Positions 1 to 10,207 of a DNA stretch of 64,000 nt are shown here, in pieces (position 1 is the first letter of the stretch; every line of letters starts with the position of its first letter). This DNA is from Giardia intestinalis (lineage: Eukaryota). The notes under the pieces are model-generated. The model ran no database searches. It had not been told where the DNA came from and saw only the letters and a list, made by a program, of their open reading frames with translations. Made by a program: the position numbers and the translations under genes. The stretch is from the NCBI GenBank assembly GCA_000002435.2, contig CM018793.1; one strand, given 5' to 3'.

Positions 1-1
1 G

Positions 2-802
2 GCCGTCATCTTCATCGACGAGATTGACGCCCTTGCCTCTGCTAGGGGCGGCGGAGAGGAGAGCGACGCGTCTCGCCAGATCAAGACCGAGTTCCTCGTG
101 CAGATGCAGGGCGTCGGCAAGACCGGCGGGAACGTCCTGGTTCTGGGCGCGACAAACTACCCGGAGGCGCTCGACAGCGCCATCCGCCGCCGCTTCGAGA
201 AGCGCATCGAGATCGTCCTCCCAGACGCCGCTGCCAGAAAGAATATCCTACGAAGTGGTATCGGCTCCACGCCTAACGTGTTGACAGATAGTGACTTTGC
301 TGAGCTAGGAGAAAAGACAGCCAATTACTCTGGCTCCGATCTTAGTGTATTGTGCAGAGAGGCTCTCATGGTTCCGATTCGCGAACTACAGCGCGCTGAA
401 TACTTCACTAAAAAGGACGGGTTCTACTATCCATGCGAAGCCAACGATCCTGGTGCAGAGAAGCTTTCTCTAACCGATTTCACACTCAATAGTGACGATA
501 GAAAGCTCGGCGTGCCGCCGGTTACCAGGAGACATATGGACATGGCCCTGAGTACTACAAAATCCTCAGTTTCAAAAGCTGACATAGAAAGAATTAATAT
601 GTTTTCCAAAGAGTTCGGTGAAAGTGGTGCCTATAATCCAGACGTAGAAGCAGAACCAGAACAGAACCCAAGCCATGATCAACCGAAGGCAGATTCATCC
701 GCTTCTGCGGGGAATGCTGGTAAGAAGAATACATCTCCTGCAAAGAAGTCGCATTCGAGGGCATCTACGGGTGGATCAAAATCTGGAAAAACTTCCAAGT
801 AA
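2..802 (+). CDS. VPS4: VPS4-like AAA ATPase (ESCRT-III disassembly), 5'-partial. The frame is open from the window edge. It ends with an unusual ~55-aa low-complexity K/S-rich C-terminal tail.
   Basis: In-frame translation from nt 2: AVIFIDEIDALASARGGGEESDASRQIKTEFLVQMQGVGKTGGNVLVLGATNYPEALDSAIRRRFEKRIEIVLPD. This covers Walker B, the second region of homology and the Vps4 C-terminal domain (VPPVTRRHMDMAL) typical of meiotic-clade AAA ATPases. No stop between nt 2 and the first Met at 98. Confidence 0.85.
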   Translation, partial: AVIFIDEIDALASARGGGEESDASRQIKTEFLVQMQGVGKTGGNVLVLGATNYPEALDSAIRRRFEKRIEIVLPDAAARKNILRSGIGSTPNVLTDSDFAELGEKTANYSGSDLSVLCREALMVPIRELQRAEYFTKKDGFYYPCEANDPGAEKLSLTDFTLNSDDRKLGVPPVTRRHMDMALSTTKSSVSKADIERINMFSKEFGESGAYNPDVEAEPEQNPSHDQPKADSSASAGNAGKKNTSPAKKSHSRASTGGSKSGKTSK

Positions 803-812
803 ATAAAAATGA
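798..812 (+). promoter_or_regulatory. AGTAAAT motif overlapping the VPS4 stop (Giardia-type polyadenylation consensus AGTRAAY). It is followed by an A-rich tract (AAATAAAAATG) that runs straight into the start codon of the next gene.
   Basis: agTAAataaaaATG: stop at 800-802, next ATG at 813. The motif matches the diplomonad polyA signal and the A/T-rich initiator arrangement described for Giardia. Confidence 0.4.
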
Positions 813-2441
813 ATGGATCCTAATGTAGCCATGCGCTTTGTTCAGGATAAGTTGACGCTCTACCGCAAGCGCATGGATGTGAGCGCAATCAAAGATTTGA
901 TATCCAGAATCAGAGTTTTGAAAACACCGGAGGACGCCGAGGATCTCGTGATGAGGGTCATTCTTTGCTCAACCGGAGCTATGATTACGAGCGATATCTA
1001 TGCGAATATTGTAACCGCACTAGAGTCCCAAGGATCGGACATTTTCAAAGCAAGCGCGATTCTGTCTCTGGGTAATACGACTCCATTTTATTCTGTACAT
1101 GAGGACCACCTAATCCTGACCTCAGGCGTGCAGAAACATACACGCGAGACTATCTCCAATACTATCAAGCTTCGCATAGCCTTTCTGCAGAGACATCTTT
1201 TGCAGTATGTTAATACTACCTTTCCCATTGGCTCTAAGGATGCGCTGTTTGCTTCGTGTTTAAATTCTTGTAAGCACCTCTCATCACTAGCTTTGCTGGA
1301 AGGAAATAACAGCTCTTGTGTCCTGGTTGCGGGAGTGCTCCATGACACTCACGACGCTTTGCAACTAGAAGATGAAACTGCCCTTGTTACTTTGTTATTA
1401 GACAAAATAAAATACAACAATATTCAAAATTTTGACACATTTTTTTTAGAAAATCAGACTCAAGTTTCCTTGCCTCTTCTAAACCAGGCAGTTGTGGCAG
1501 TGGTTGGATCGGTGGAAGGCGGGAAGCTACGGGCTAACGCAATATTTACTCCACTGATCGAAACGCCGGAGAGCTTCAATGCCTTGATGGGCACAGATAA
1601 GACGCCTGCATATAAAAGCATCTTCAGTACAGTTCATACAAACACACCCGAATTCGGTTTAGTATTTTCCCAGGTATTCTTCTCCGACAGTCGATGTGTT
1701 AATGACCTCCTGCTCATGCTAAAAGAATACGACAGGAACACAGAGAGCAAACACATACCTTCGCACATAATTATTTTCGGAGTTTTTTGCGAGGGAAGAC
1801 AATCTTCTCCGTCTAATGCGCTTCTGAACATAAAAAAGTTTCTTGATGCGTTAATTACCGAGCAGCTGACCAAGATGACTGAACATACACTTTTTGTGTT
1901 TGCTCCCCACAAAGCTGACCCGTCATTGACAGGTGATGTATATCCTCGACAACTCTTTTCCAAAAAAACTGTCGATACATTAAGGACAGACTATCAGACA
2001 CTAAAGCTGTCCTTTCCCACAACGCCATTCCACCTCGCGTACGGGCACCAAACATTAGTACTTTCGAGCATGCCCCATGAGGAAGTATTTCTCAATCTCA
2101 CAAAAGATAGTACAGTGATGACGGAGATTGAGGAGTACTATGCGACGCACGAGGAGCTCGCAAACTTCATCGTCGCCCAGAAAAACTTATTTCCATTTCC
2201 CCACAGCACGGCCCCTTGGCTCTGGGGCGCAGACCCTTTGCTAAATCTTCTTCCACTTCCAAATAGCATTATACTAGCTGATGGTGCGTTTGCACGGTGT
2301 TCTGTAGCTTCGGGAGTAACTGTTGCGAGTCCTGGAAGTTTTTATACTGATAGAACGTATGTTGTCTTCCACGCGGCCAAAACCAACTCACCCATTGACA
2401 TTCTTCAATTGAGCAAGCAGATGGACAGCGCAGAGTTGTAA
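813..2441 (+). CDS. Hypothetical protein, 542 aa. Weak resemblance to the B-subunit (calcineurin-like phosphoesterase fold) family of replicative DNA polymerases.
   Basis: Long ORF starting 11 nt after the upstream stop. Motifs TLFVFAPHKADPS and PWLWGADPLLNLLPLPNSIILADG resemble the VLVPGPNDP / PD-x-GN region of Pol alpha/delta/epsilon B subunits. The resemblance is by eye only. Confidence 0.5.
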   Translation: MDPNVAMRFVQDKLTLYRKRMDVSAIKDLISRIRVLKTPEDAEDLVMRVILCSTGAMITSDIYANIVTALESQGSDIFKASAILSLGNTTPFYSVHEDHLILTSGVQKHTRETISNTIKLRIAFLQRHLLQYVNTTFPIGSKDALFASCLNSCKHLSSLALLEGNNSSCVLVAGVLHDTHDALQLEDETALVTLLLDKIKYNNIQNFDTFFLENQTQVSLPLLNQAVVAVVGSVEGGKLRANAIFTPLIETPESFNALMGTDKTPAYKSIFSTVHTNTPEFGLVFSQVFFSDSRCVNDLLLMLKEYDRNTESKHIPSHIIIFGVFCEGRQSSPSNALLNIKKFLDALITEQLTKMTEHTLFVFAPHKADPSLTGDVYPRQLFSKKTVDTLRTDYQTLKLSFPTTPFHLAYGHQTLVLSSMPHEEVFLNLTKDSTVMTEIEEYYATHEELANFIVAQKNLFPFPHSTAPWLWGADPLLNLLPLPNSIILADGAFARCSVASGVTVASPGSFYTDRTYVVFHAAKTNSPIDILQLSKQMDSAEL

Positions 2442-2471
2442 ATAACTAAGTCTACAGGAAAATCACGAGGA

Positions 2472-3257
2472 TCACATGATGAAGCACCCACCCTGCTTAT
2501 CCGCAGAGCTCTTGAAGTTGTCCCACGACGCGCCATCAATGAAATCATAGTCGTCTGCGACACCTCTGGCCAGACAGAGGACAGACCGGACGATCGACTC
2601 GGTATACACGCTCACCTCAGCCCAACGTAGCTCTCTGTCGAGCACAAAGTTGCGCATTTGTGCCTTTAGCTGCTGATCTACCACATTCTCAACATTGCAA
2701 ACAGCCAAGATGTGTGGCACAAAGCGAGGAGCAGTCATGGCACGCTTCAAGGTGTCTAGTGTCAGGCCAGAGGAAGGATCAGACGACGCTGGGAGAAGAG
2801 CCGCATTATAGATGCTCTGGAGTCGGACAGACTCTTTTCTGAGGATGACAGTCACCTCGTCTACGTGTGCCTTCATGAAGGCTACTGATGCGTCTGAGGA
2901 CAGATCGCAAACGAAGACACATGCAGAAGTAAGAGGATAGTCCTTCTGAATTCTTGTTATCCCCTTTTCAGGCACATTAATAATCTTAAGGCACAACTGC
3001 TTGCTGTCGATGAAGCTGGCAACCGTTAGAGAGTTGCTTTTTTCTCCCTTTTCCCCGCACGGAATCTGAAAATACTCTCGCAAAAGCTCAAATAGTTGTG
3101 TCTTACTAGAGTCATCTGTCCCCAGCAACAGTATAGTGAGCGTGTATTCCCGTGATTCCTGGGGCCGTGGGGCTGTCCTCTCTTCTATCAAAGATACTAT
3201 TGATTCAACAACTGCCGGCTTGAGTGGCGCTGTTGTAGAATTAACGATTACTTCCAT
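2472..3257 (-). CDS. Hypothetical protein, 261 aa, with a degenerate Ras-superfamily-like P-loop arrangement. Possible pseudo-GTPase.
   Basis: Hydrophobic strand plus G-TDDSSKT (GxxxxGKT with the second Gly changed to Ser), followed by weak G3/G4-like segments (KIINVPEKG, ILAVCNVEN). Long ORF in a compact region. Confidence 0.45.
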   Translation of the reverse strand: MEVIVNSTTAPLKPAVVESIVSLIEERTAPRPQESREYTLTILLLGTDDSSKTQLFELLREYFQIPCGEKGEKSNSLTVASFIDSKQLCLKIINVPEKGITRIQKDYPLTSACVFVCDLSSDASVAFMKAHVDEVTVILRKESVRLQSIYNAALLPASSDPSSGLTLDTLKRAMTAPRFVPHILAVCNVENVVDQQLKAQMRNFVLDRELRWAEVSVYTESIVRSVLCLARGVADDYDFIDGASWDNFKSSADKQGGCFIM

Positions 3258-3350
3258 CTTTTTTGTGATGATGGCAGAATTTAAGTTTTTTGTCCTCTCT
3301 TGATTCTGTTCTGGAGATCTAAAGCCGGGGCCGTTTTTACTGCTTACCCC

Positions 3351-4118
3351 CTACTTCTTGCGTCCACGGCCCTGCACCTGCTCCAGTTGTGTCAATATCT
3401 TCTGTCCCTGGCCTTTGTCTCCACTGTGCTCGTCCATATAGCAGACATAGAACTTCAGCACGGTTTCAAAGAAGGGACAGGGGCCACATAGCGCGAGAAT
3501 AGAGCGCTGGAAGACGTAAAGATCGACAGCCATCGTCTCTGGGGTGATTGGCGACCTAGAGGCTAACCCAAAATCTATGACACTGAGCCTGCGCTCATCT
3601 CTATTATAAAGTAAATTACTTGTAGTCAGGTCGTTATGAACTATGCGAGCCATATGAAGCCTCGCAATGGTAGACCCTACGAGCTTTGCAAACGCCTCAT
3701 CGAATAATAAATCGGTGCTGTCAGCCAGGTGGGTGGAGACGGAGGAATCACGTATCCAGGACATGTATATACACCCGTTGGGCTCATCAACATAAAGCAC
3801 ACTAGGAACAGCTAGGCCAGCTGCGTGTGCCGCTTCCAAGGCTCGTGCTTCAGCTCTAGTTCGCCTCTGTCGAATCTGCCTGTCTAGTGCAGGGTGCCTG
3901 TATTCTTTAGGGAAGCGGTGCTTTGCGATAGCATCCTTCCCTGACGTGGACAGAGTCCCGGAATAGATGCGCGCCTCAGCGCCCTGAAATAGAAGGGAGC
4001 AGTTGTCCAGGGCTACGGTGAAGTTAGATGTGCCTGGAGGTCCCGTTTTCATTGCCGTGGTCCCAGATTCAATCATTAAAACTTTTTGACCACATGTTCC
4101 CCTCATTGCATTTGTCAA
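3351..4118 (-). CDS. BUD32: Bud32/PRPK (TP53RK) atypical protein kinase, KEOPS complex subunit
   Basis: GAEARIY ... KHRFPKEYRHPALDRQIRQRRTRAEARALEAAHAAGLAVPSVLYVDE ... HNDLTTSNLL ... IDFGLA. This is the characteristic Bud32 glycine loop, the KxYRHPxLDxxL-RxRRTxxEAR segment, the catalytic loop and DFG. Confidence 0.8.
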   Translation of the reverse strand: MTNAMRGTCGQKVLMIESGTTAMKTGPPGTSNFTVALDNCSLLFQGAEARIYSGTLSTSGKDAIAKHRFPKEYRHPALDRQIRQRRTRAEARALEAAHAAGLAVPSVLYVDEPNGCIYMSWIRDSSVSTHLADSTDLLFDEAFAKLVGSTIARLHMARIVHNDLTTSNLLYNRDERRLSVIDFGLASRSPITPETMAVDLYVFQRSILALCGPCPFFETVLKFYVCYMDEHSGDKGQGQKILTQLEQVQGRGRKK

Positions 4119-7100
4119 TTAGGCCGAACTTTTCGCAGAGGAGTGTCATTGGTGTGGCCATCTACACCTACTCCACTCCCCTCAAGCTTCCCCTTCCCAT
4201 TATACCCATATTCTGCAGGTCTTCTATCATCAAACAAATTCTGCTTAATGGTATTGAATGCCCTTCAGAGGCTTTGTTTCCCATCAACCACAGCTTACTA
4301 TACTCGGCGGAAAGTGCACCGAAACCCTCAAAGTCTTACACCTCTCTTTTAGACCTTCAGGATCTCGTTTACACAGCGCGCACCGTCAGGTACCGTGTCG
4401 GGGACTTCTATTTAGATCTCAGCTCACTTCTTCCTCAGTTTGCTTTAGCGGAACAACTCAAGGCATCAAGCACGGCATTGGGTGGATCCCTGGACCCAGA
4501 CGCTACAGACACCGTCAAGGATCCGCTACACGCATCAGCTGCAGCCCCCCGATTCAACCTCATGACCATCACTATTATTTTCGAGACCTGCAACAGATCT
4601 CTTTTTATTGAGTACCCCAGTACCTCCACTCTCATGTCTGGACGGCTGAGCACAATGTTAGTCGTTGGAAACACTGGCAACTCAGCTGATTGGTTGCCCA
4701 TTCCATTGTTTTCTATGTCGGTTAGCCACAACATTACTCTTCAGTTCGCTTCGTTACCACAGGAGTATAGGCCAATCTGTGGGGGCCGGCTGTGTATCTG
4801 CAGCCGAGCTGGTAGTCAATCTCTTCCCGCTACACAGGTCACATGTGCCTCGACGGGATATCTATTTACGGATCTTTTCGGGAGTTTGCACAAGCTGTGC
4901 TTTATTATTGCACGTGCTAATGGATTTCTTCACATGGAACCCTTCCATACTCCAGATGCTAAGAATGTAAAAGATGGAACATCAGCTAATAGAAAGGAGT
5001 CTCAGCATAGCTTTGACTTCCTCAGAACAGAGTACCATAAGCTTATTGACCAGCACAGAACAATTAGTATTTACGAATTAGTGAGATTGTCACCAATTCT
5101 CCAAAGCATCTTCACGTTTCCTCATAACGCCAAAGATGGAGGGTTCATCGGGTTAAATCTCGTTTGCTATACATTAACAAATATGAGGCAGTACGATCTT
5201 TCTGCACAGGTGTATACTCTTTATAAAGCGTTTAGGCTGGCCATAGACTTCCTGTCACTCACACCGCACAGGGGCCGAAATTTCAATATTGCTATCTTTT
5301 TTGATGGCTGTGGTCGCACGATAATCGGAAATGGCATCATTGTTATCCCACTGATGCCCTGCAACTATATGGCTGCATGCATGAGCTATATGAGGGTTAT
5401 TTCCGAGGTCGTCGCCAAGTACATATTTGGGGTTCACGTTCCCGCTGCAGACTACGCTAGTCAGCCCGTATGCACGGTTCTTCAGCAGGCTCTCATGCTT
5501 CACATACGGCACGCGTTGCTTGGTGCTGTGGATACTCGTCGGTTCTATTACGAAGTGAGCATTCGAGGGGCGTCGGAGGTTTCCGCGTCAAGTCCTGCAC
5601 TTTGGCATCAGTACCTTACGCATGATGTTGAAGAACGGTACAACCCAGGCCAGTTTTACCTCCATCACATCAAGGGAGCTCTCAATTATGGCTTGTATGG
5701 CACACCAATGGATAGGATTGATGGCCTCTTGAAGAATGTTGGCTGTACATCCAAAGGCACACTGAACGCCAGCATAAAAAAGGCATCAATCAAGGCACCT
5801 GCGTGCATAAGTCATCTGGAGGCAGTCTATAACTTCTTAGATACTTCTTTCGGCACATCCTACAGCGTAAAGCCAAGCAATAAAAATGTATGGTTAGCAG
5901 AAAGTGACAAGGATCGCTTGCACTTTCTGAACAGTCAGGGATCATATAAAAGCGCAAATTTGAAGCTGAAGAAAGGGAAAAAGTCCCATGCCTCAAAGTC
6001 CCACGAGTACTATCCGTCCGATTGCCAGATTTATACCACACATTTAAAGGAAACAAATCCTATTGAGGTTGCTGCGCTGACAGCAGACAAGTCTCGATGG
6101 TTTAATCATAATACTCTTTACAATGTTGATTTTCTATTGAATTTGTATCGATCAACAGCCGCAACAGCTTTCACACAGATGGGTGCACTCACTAATAAGC
6201 ATGTAGAAGATCTTGCGCAGACAACTATCCATCATTCCAAACATGCAGTCTCATTGGATCCAGATAACTTCTCGCTCGGCAATTCCTTTTCCTCTCCTAC
6301 TATGCCGCGTAAGATGGGGATGCAGCTCTCAACGGCACTTAAGGTAGACCAGTCTTTTGAGGTTGATGATGTTGTGACAGATTTCGGTGTAGACATTGAT
6401 AGTCAATCGGCAGCATCAAGTTCAGTTTTTGCTGGAGGAAAGCAATCTGGAACGTTCCGTAGCGTCGATACCCAAGCAGCATATACACTGTACGGCACTC
6501 AGAAGTCCGGGATTCTCAAAGGAAGCCAGTACTCGGCCAATATGTCTGACGGAGTAGATGGCGATTCAGCCCTTCTACTGTCGCTTAAGCGACCCATGGA
6601 TGCATGCATTCAATCACTGGCCAACTCTCTTTGCCTGGACATGGAATCGCTGTCTTTGATGTACTTTTATATTAATGAGCCATTCTTCCCCATAGCATAT
6701 GCGGTTCCCGAAGATAAGATCCGCACCCGTGCAGAGATTATTGGGATGACCATCAGGAACAACCTCACTACTCAGGGTTTTCGCAGCTTTCTCCAGAGCT
6801 TTCTTGACATAGGGTATGTGCAAATTAATTTGTTCTTTAAGTTCCTGGACGAGGTTTGCTCAAATAAAAGCTACTTCACCGGGGGAACGTGGCTTAAGAC
6901 AGTAGCAAGCGATGCACCAGACATTTCTCCGGAGAAAGATGCAGGGGTTGACTTTCCGGATCCTAACCTTTCACTTTTGCCCGACACAGGTGAGTATAGT
7001 TTGAACATCACAGTACTAAAAGGAGCCGCTGGAGCGGGTGAAGGCTTCTCTGCTGAGCAGTACAAGTTGGGCCACGAAACGCTTCATGCCAGTTTTTCTT

Positions 7101-10100
7101 TAGATGCTTCTTTACGTGAAGCCTCTTTTGACCCTAGAGCTGATATTGAAGGTGTTTACGCTAGTATGTCTCCTACAGCACGACTCGGTGACGACGGATA
7201 TAATAAGCTCGAACAAAACCAAAGCGACACACAAGCAGCTTCCAGTCCTCATCCATTTACATTTCTAATCCACAAATTGGGTATTATGCCCAATTACATA
7301 TCAATAGCATACTCCTGTCAGCAGGATAGCACAAACAATCAGTTCACAGACCAATTTGATATCATTCTCTTAAATATGACTACAGGGCTAACAGACTGTT
7401 TAAAAGACACATGCACGAAAATAGGTCTACCATTAATCAATAGAGGAGAGTCTGCGGCTGGATGCAGACGCTTGCTATTCTTCCCCAACATAGAAGGGCC
7501 ACATGAGTTCAGCAAGAGCTACGATTTTACTACTTTTAGAGGCACTATGGCATCGGATGCTAACCTTGCGGTGCATGAAATTACTGACATGCAGCATGCG
7601 GAAAGACACGATAGCCGCTCCTTCACAGTTATAAAAGGCGCAAGCAGCAACCTTTATGCTAGCATTCATATGCTCCAGCAGCCGGGACGGATGGGCAGTG
7701 GTGGATCCGGGACCTTGAGCTTTAACCTGTTGACAAGGATTGGAAGTGAGTTTCTAGAGAATATAAAAGCTGAAACCTTTATTGAGAAGAGCTTTTACGA
7801 TACTATCAAGACCAAGAAGTTTGCACACGTGATTATAGACCCTTATAATCAGCTCCCGTTTGCATATAAGCACCACTATGCGGAAAAGAACGATAAAGAT
7901 AATAACAATTGCTACAGATCTATCGCCAAGGTCGATTGTGAACGAGACATAGCTGTGCAGCTAGAGTCTTTGAACTCACTTAGCTATAATTGTAACAATG
8001 ACGTCATTCCCCTTCTCTTGGGTATTCTTTATTCTGAGGCAGTAGCACCAGCACTCCAAGAGACCGCGTTCAAAATTCTCATCTATAAAATAACCCGCGA
8101 TAACTTCTATGAGGCTGTTAACAAAGAAATGAGCCGTCTTGAAATGAATAGCAAGGTTAAAGAGCAAAAGCAGTGGATTCTCTTGTTGAACATATACTTC
8201 TTCGGCCATAGACGCCTGTTGAACGCATTTCCCATTCTTCCAGATGGGTACACCGGGCTAACGGCACACAGATATGATCACGAATGCATTATGAAGCTAG
8301 ATGTAGGATCGTTGGTCGCTTATGCCCTGCTGTGTGGGTATGTCTCTATGTCCAAAGCCACTGACCTGCTCTCCTTGTTAAACAAGGACAGTGATACTGC
8401 CTCCTCTAGTCACGCACTAACGATAGCGGTTCTTCAGGCACTTACCTGGCAAATAATCCGTAAAGTGATCGTTATTAATACAGAAGTCTACATGGTCTTG
8501 CTCATCTTCATCAACTTTCTTATTAGCAACGCCACTATGATCTCTGTTCGCCGAATGGCCATTTGCTCGTTGACATTAATCGTATCGACGGCCTGGGAAA
8601 ATCCTGGAGTAGCGACTGCTCTTATTGATCTTTTCAATGAAAAGGAGCTTATTTCGGAAAAGATACGCCTCCTTATTAGTTGCTTATTTGGTGGTGGTTG
8701 TTGCGACCAGGATTTGCATGCTATTAGACCCAGTTTGCTCGATACAAAAGATCGTCCTAGATGCTCCTGTAATTGCTGCAACTGTGCACTTATAAACAGC
8801 GATAAATCACTCGGTCCCTTTATTATTATAAGGGTGATTTTTGTCCACATTCTGTTAGATATCATAGATTTATACCTTGAGAACAATAGAAATTCATCTG
8901 AATCCAGTATGGACGCGACACACCTGCATTACTCTCCAGCTGTGGCCGGGATGTTCATCAGCCGGGAGGTTGTGGACGAGTGCTTCCACTGCCTGGACTT
9001 GCTGGGAACAAATAACTACATGACCTCCAGCGACTCAACCGCGTACATCGTCCAGCCGCTCTCGAGCCGCTTCGTCGCGGCCCTGTACAGAGGGACGGTC
9101 TACTCCCAGACACACAGCATGGACCCGTGCAACCGCTACGCCATGTCCAACGCGGAGGCGCTGGTCTTCATGATGGCCTACGTGACCCATCTCTTCACCC
9201 TTCCCCTTAACGAGTCCAAACAGGTTGAGTGGGACGTGCTGCGCGGGTGCCCCGTATGCCTCGTCAACGGGGGCTGCCGGTGCGTACGAGTGAGCTGGCC
9301 TGCCGTCAGGAGCCCCGACTCAAAGTCTGCCCCACAGAACTACGTGACCGTTCGGTGCCTGACGTCGGACTTCTTCTGGACATACGAGCAAAGCTCTAGC
9401 AGCTATGCTAGCCTTGAGGAGTACTTCGATAAGCATTACGTGGCCCAGGACCCCATCACAGCCGCAGTGTTTGAAAACGGCAGGCTGGTCAACGCCCACT
9501 TCAATCCCAAGAAGCGCTACGACGCGGTCCTGTTCAGACGAGCGGACAGGGCGGACAGAGAAGACAATAGCACAAACCCCGAGCCCCGGGCGAGCTCGTG
9601 CTACCCGGAATTCATGCTTCCGTGCCTCTACAACCCGACCACGCGCATCAACTATCCCGGGTACCTATTCAGACAGTGCCTCTTCGACGCCGCGGGCTGC
9701 ATGATCGGGCAGTCTGTCGCATCCCGGCTCATCGACATGCTCTTGTATCCGGCAGGGCCCCGGGTGCAGCAGAAGGAGGAAGCCGGCGATGCCTGCACTC
9801 CCGCCGCCTTAGAGTTGTTCAAGAGAGCAGCAGGATTTGGAGAAGACATGCCACTTCTTATCCTTAACGCCATCAGCACGCTGCACGGCGTGAATCTCCT
9901 TAGGGCTCTGCCGCCCTCTCAATTCGACAGTGAGGCAGAGATCGAGGCCCTGGCAGAGCACCAGAGGACGGCATCTTTCAAGGACGCACTGCTGGCAGCA
10001 ACGCACAGCCACAGCGAATACGTCAACGTTATGACGACGTTCTGCGAAGAGAATGTCACGCTGAAGGCGGGAATGAACGACAACGTGTGCAAGATGGAGC

Positions 10101-10207
10101 ACAACATGGGGTACCTCATCCACGCGCGGTATGAGTCGTCCAACGACCAGGTTCGAGGAACGGTGCTGCGGTTCGCTGGATTTGTAATAGGTTACATGCC
10201 CAACTGA
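4028..10207 (+). CDS. Giant orphan protein, up to 2059 aa, no recognisable domain. The true start is probably a downstream Met (for example nt 4559), because the first Met overlaps the Bud32 start region.
   Basis: A 6.2-kb uninterrupted frame in 40% GC DNA, which cannot be explained by chance. The last ~430 codons (from about nt 8900) switch abruptly to about 60% GC. Confidence 0.7.
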   Translation: MCLEVPFSLPWSQIQSLKLFDHMFPSLHLSIRPNFSQRSVIGVAIYTYSTPLKLPLPIIPIFCRSSIIKQILLNGIECPSEALFPINHSLLYSAESAPKPSKSYTSLLDLQDLVYTARTVRYRVGDFYLDLSSLLPQFALAEQLKASSTALGGSLDPDATDTVKDPLHASAAAPRFNLMTITIIFETCNRSLFIEYPSTSTLMSGRLSTMLVVGNTGNSADWLPIPLFSMSVSHNITLQFASLPQEYRPICGGRLCICSRAGSQSLPATQVTCASTGYLFTDLFGSLHKLCFIIARANGFLHMEPFHTPDAKNVKDGTSANRKESQHSFDFLRTEYHKLIDQHRTISIYELVRLSPILQSIFTFPHNAKDGGFIGLNLVCYTLTNMRQYDLSAQVYTLYKAFRLAIDFLSLTPHRGRNFNIAIFFDGCGRTIIGNGIIVIPLMPCNYMAACMSYMRVISEVVAKYIFGVHVPAADYASQPVCTVLQQALMLHIRHALLGAVDTRRFYYEVSIRGASEVSASSPALWHQYLTHDVEERYNPGQFYLHHIKGALNYGLYGTPMDRIDGLLKNVGCTSKGTLNASIKKASIKAPACISHLEAVYNFLDTSFGTSYSVKPSNKNVWLAESDKDRLHFLNSQGSYKSANLKLKKGKKSHASKSHEYYPSDCQIYTTHLKETNPIEVAALTADKSRWFNHNTLYNVDFLLNLYRSTAATAFTQMGALTNKHVEDLAQTTIHHSKHAVSLDPDNFSLGNSFSSPTMPRKMGMQLSTALKVDQSFEVDDVVTDFGVDIDSQSAASSSVFAGGKQSGTFRSVDTQAAYTLYGTQKSGILKGSQYSANMSDGVDGDSALLLSLKRPMDACIQSLANSLCLDMESLSLMYFYINEPFFPIAYAVPEDKIRTRAEIIGMTIRNNLTTQGFRSFLQSFLDIGYVQINLFFKFLDEVCSNKSYFTGGTWLKTVASDAPDISPEKDAGVDFPDPNLSLLPDTGEYSLNITVLKGAAGAGEGFSAEQYKLGHETLHASFSLDASLREASFDPRADIEGVYASMSPTARLGDDGYNKLEQNQSDTQAASSPHPFTFLIHKLGIMPNYISIAYSCQQDSTNNQFTDQFDIILLNMTTGLTDCLKDTCTKIGLPLINRGESAAGCRRLLFFPNIEGPHEFSKSYDFTTFRGTMASDANLAVHEITDMQHAERHDSRSFTVIKGASSNLYASIHMLQQPGRMGSGGSGTLSFNLLTRIGSEFLENIKAETFIEKSFYDTIKTKKFAHVIIDPYNQLPFAYKHHYAEKNDKDNNNCYRSIAKVDCERDIAVQLESLNSLSYNCNNDVIPLLLGILYSEAVAPALQETAFKILIYKITRDNFYEAVNKEMSRLEMNSKVKEQKQWILLLNIYFFGHRRLLNAFPILPDGYTGLTAHRYDHECIMKLDVGSLVAYALLCGYVSMSKATDLLSLLNKDSDTASSSHALTIAVLQALTWQIIRKVIVINTEVYMVLLIFINFLISNATMISVRRMAICSLTLIVSTAWENPGVATALIDLFNEKELISEKIRLLISCLFGGGCCDQDLHAIRPSLLDTKDRPRCSCNCCNCALINSDKSLGPFIIIRVIFVHILLDIIDLYLENNRNSSESSMDATHLHYSPAVAGMFISREVVDECFHCLDLLGTNNYMTSSDSTAYIVQPLSSRFVAALYRGTVYSQTHSMDPCNRYAMSNAEALVFMMAYVTHLFTLPLNESKQVEWDVLRGCPVCLVNGGCRCVRVSWPAVRSPDSKSAPQNYVTVRCLTSDFFWTYEQSSSSYASLEEYFDKHYVAQDPITAAVFENGRLVNAHFNPKKRYDAVLFRRADRADREDNSTNPEPRASSCYPEFMLPCLYNPTTRINYPGYLFRQCLFDAAGCMIGQSVASRLIDMLLYPAGPRVQQKEEAGDACTPAALELFKRAAGFGEDMPLLILNAISTLHGVNLLRALPPSQFDSEAEIEALAEHQRTASFKDALLAATHSHSEYVNVMTTFCEENVTLKAGMNDNVCKMEHNMGYLIHARYESSNDQVRGTVLRFAGFVIGYMPN

